Source of the DNA: Trichosphaerium sp. ATCC 40318
Taxonomy: Eukaryota; Protista; Tubulinea
DNA: 64,000 nt
Direction of reading: 5' to 3'
NCBI GenBank assembly: GCA_038496445.1
Contig: JALMLS010000179.1
Span: 248,001 to 312,000 of the forward strand
Shown here: piece by piece, positions 63,842 through 64,000 of the stretch
Layout: every line of letters begins with the position of its first letter
How positions within the stretch are numbered: the first letter of the stretch is position 1
The notes under the pieces: generated by a model
The model's input: only the letters and a program-made list of their open reading frames with translations
What the model was told of the DNA's origin: nothing
The model's database searches: none
Made by a program: the position numbers and the translations under genes

Positions 63842-64000
63842 AACCCACGCTCCTACAGTGTAACACAAACTTTGTTTTTTTGAAAAAGTCAACACTAAAG
63901 TCACGTGCTTTAAACAACTCGCCATACGCGTAGTTCGCGATGAATTAGAAGGCTGTCATTGGTTTGTACAAGAAACAGGCGGAAAACTTGTAAAACAGTT

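Noticed and set aside
1-64000. Alternative genetic code or mass pseudogenisation explaining the fragmented ORFs
   Set aside because: Short GT/GC-AG introns restore conserved motifs, and TAA, TAG and TGA all serve as terminal stops.

Overview
Gene-dense, AT-rich (roughly 35-37% GC by eye) nuclear DNA of a microbial eukaryote. It uses the standard code and has very many short spliceosomal introns (mostly 30-100 nt; GTACGT-type donors, frequent AAG acceptors, several GC-AG introns). The ORF track is fragmented by introns. I rebuilt about 28 genes by hand: F-box proteins, a nucleotide-sugar transporter, a divergent actin, a dual-specificity phosphatase, an MRH protein, an HSL-family esterase, a RanBP2 zinc-finger protein, a PARG-like protein, a TerD-C2 protein, two tandem sialate O-acetylesterases, an MBD protein, TPK1, METTL15/RsmH, a 4-domain C-type lectin, a BTB protein, PIF1, a metallophosphoesterase, PPP4R2, an atypical Rab-like GTPase, ATG2 and a fucosyltransferase. 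Main highlights: (1) a spliced gene at 28890-32000 that looks like a polyprotein, in which a Reeler/Cys-rich module is followed by a membrane anchor and an internal signal peptide that would expose an N-terminal His of an LPMO-like (His-brace) domain; (2) an intact 2,399-bp hAT transposon with perfect TIRs and an 8-bp TSD inside a lectin exon; (3) a modular, hairpin-rich tandem array of about 150-bp units next to an orphan ORF, cut off by a MITE; (4) strong CACGTG enrichment across the window. All gene models and counts are manual; no searches were run.
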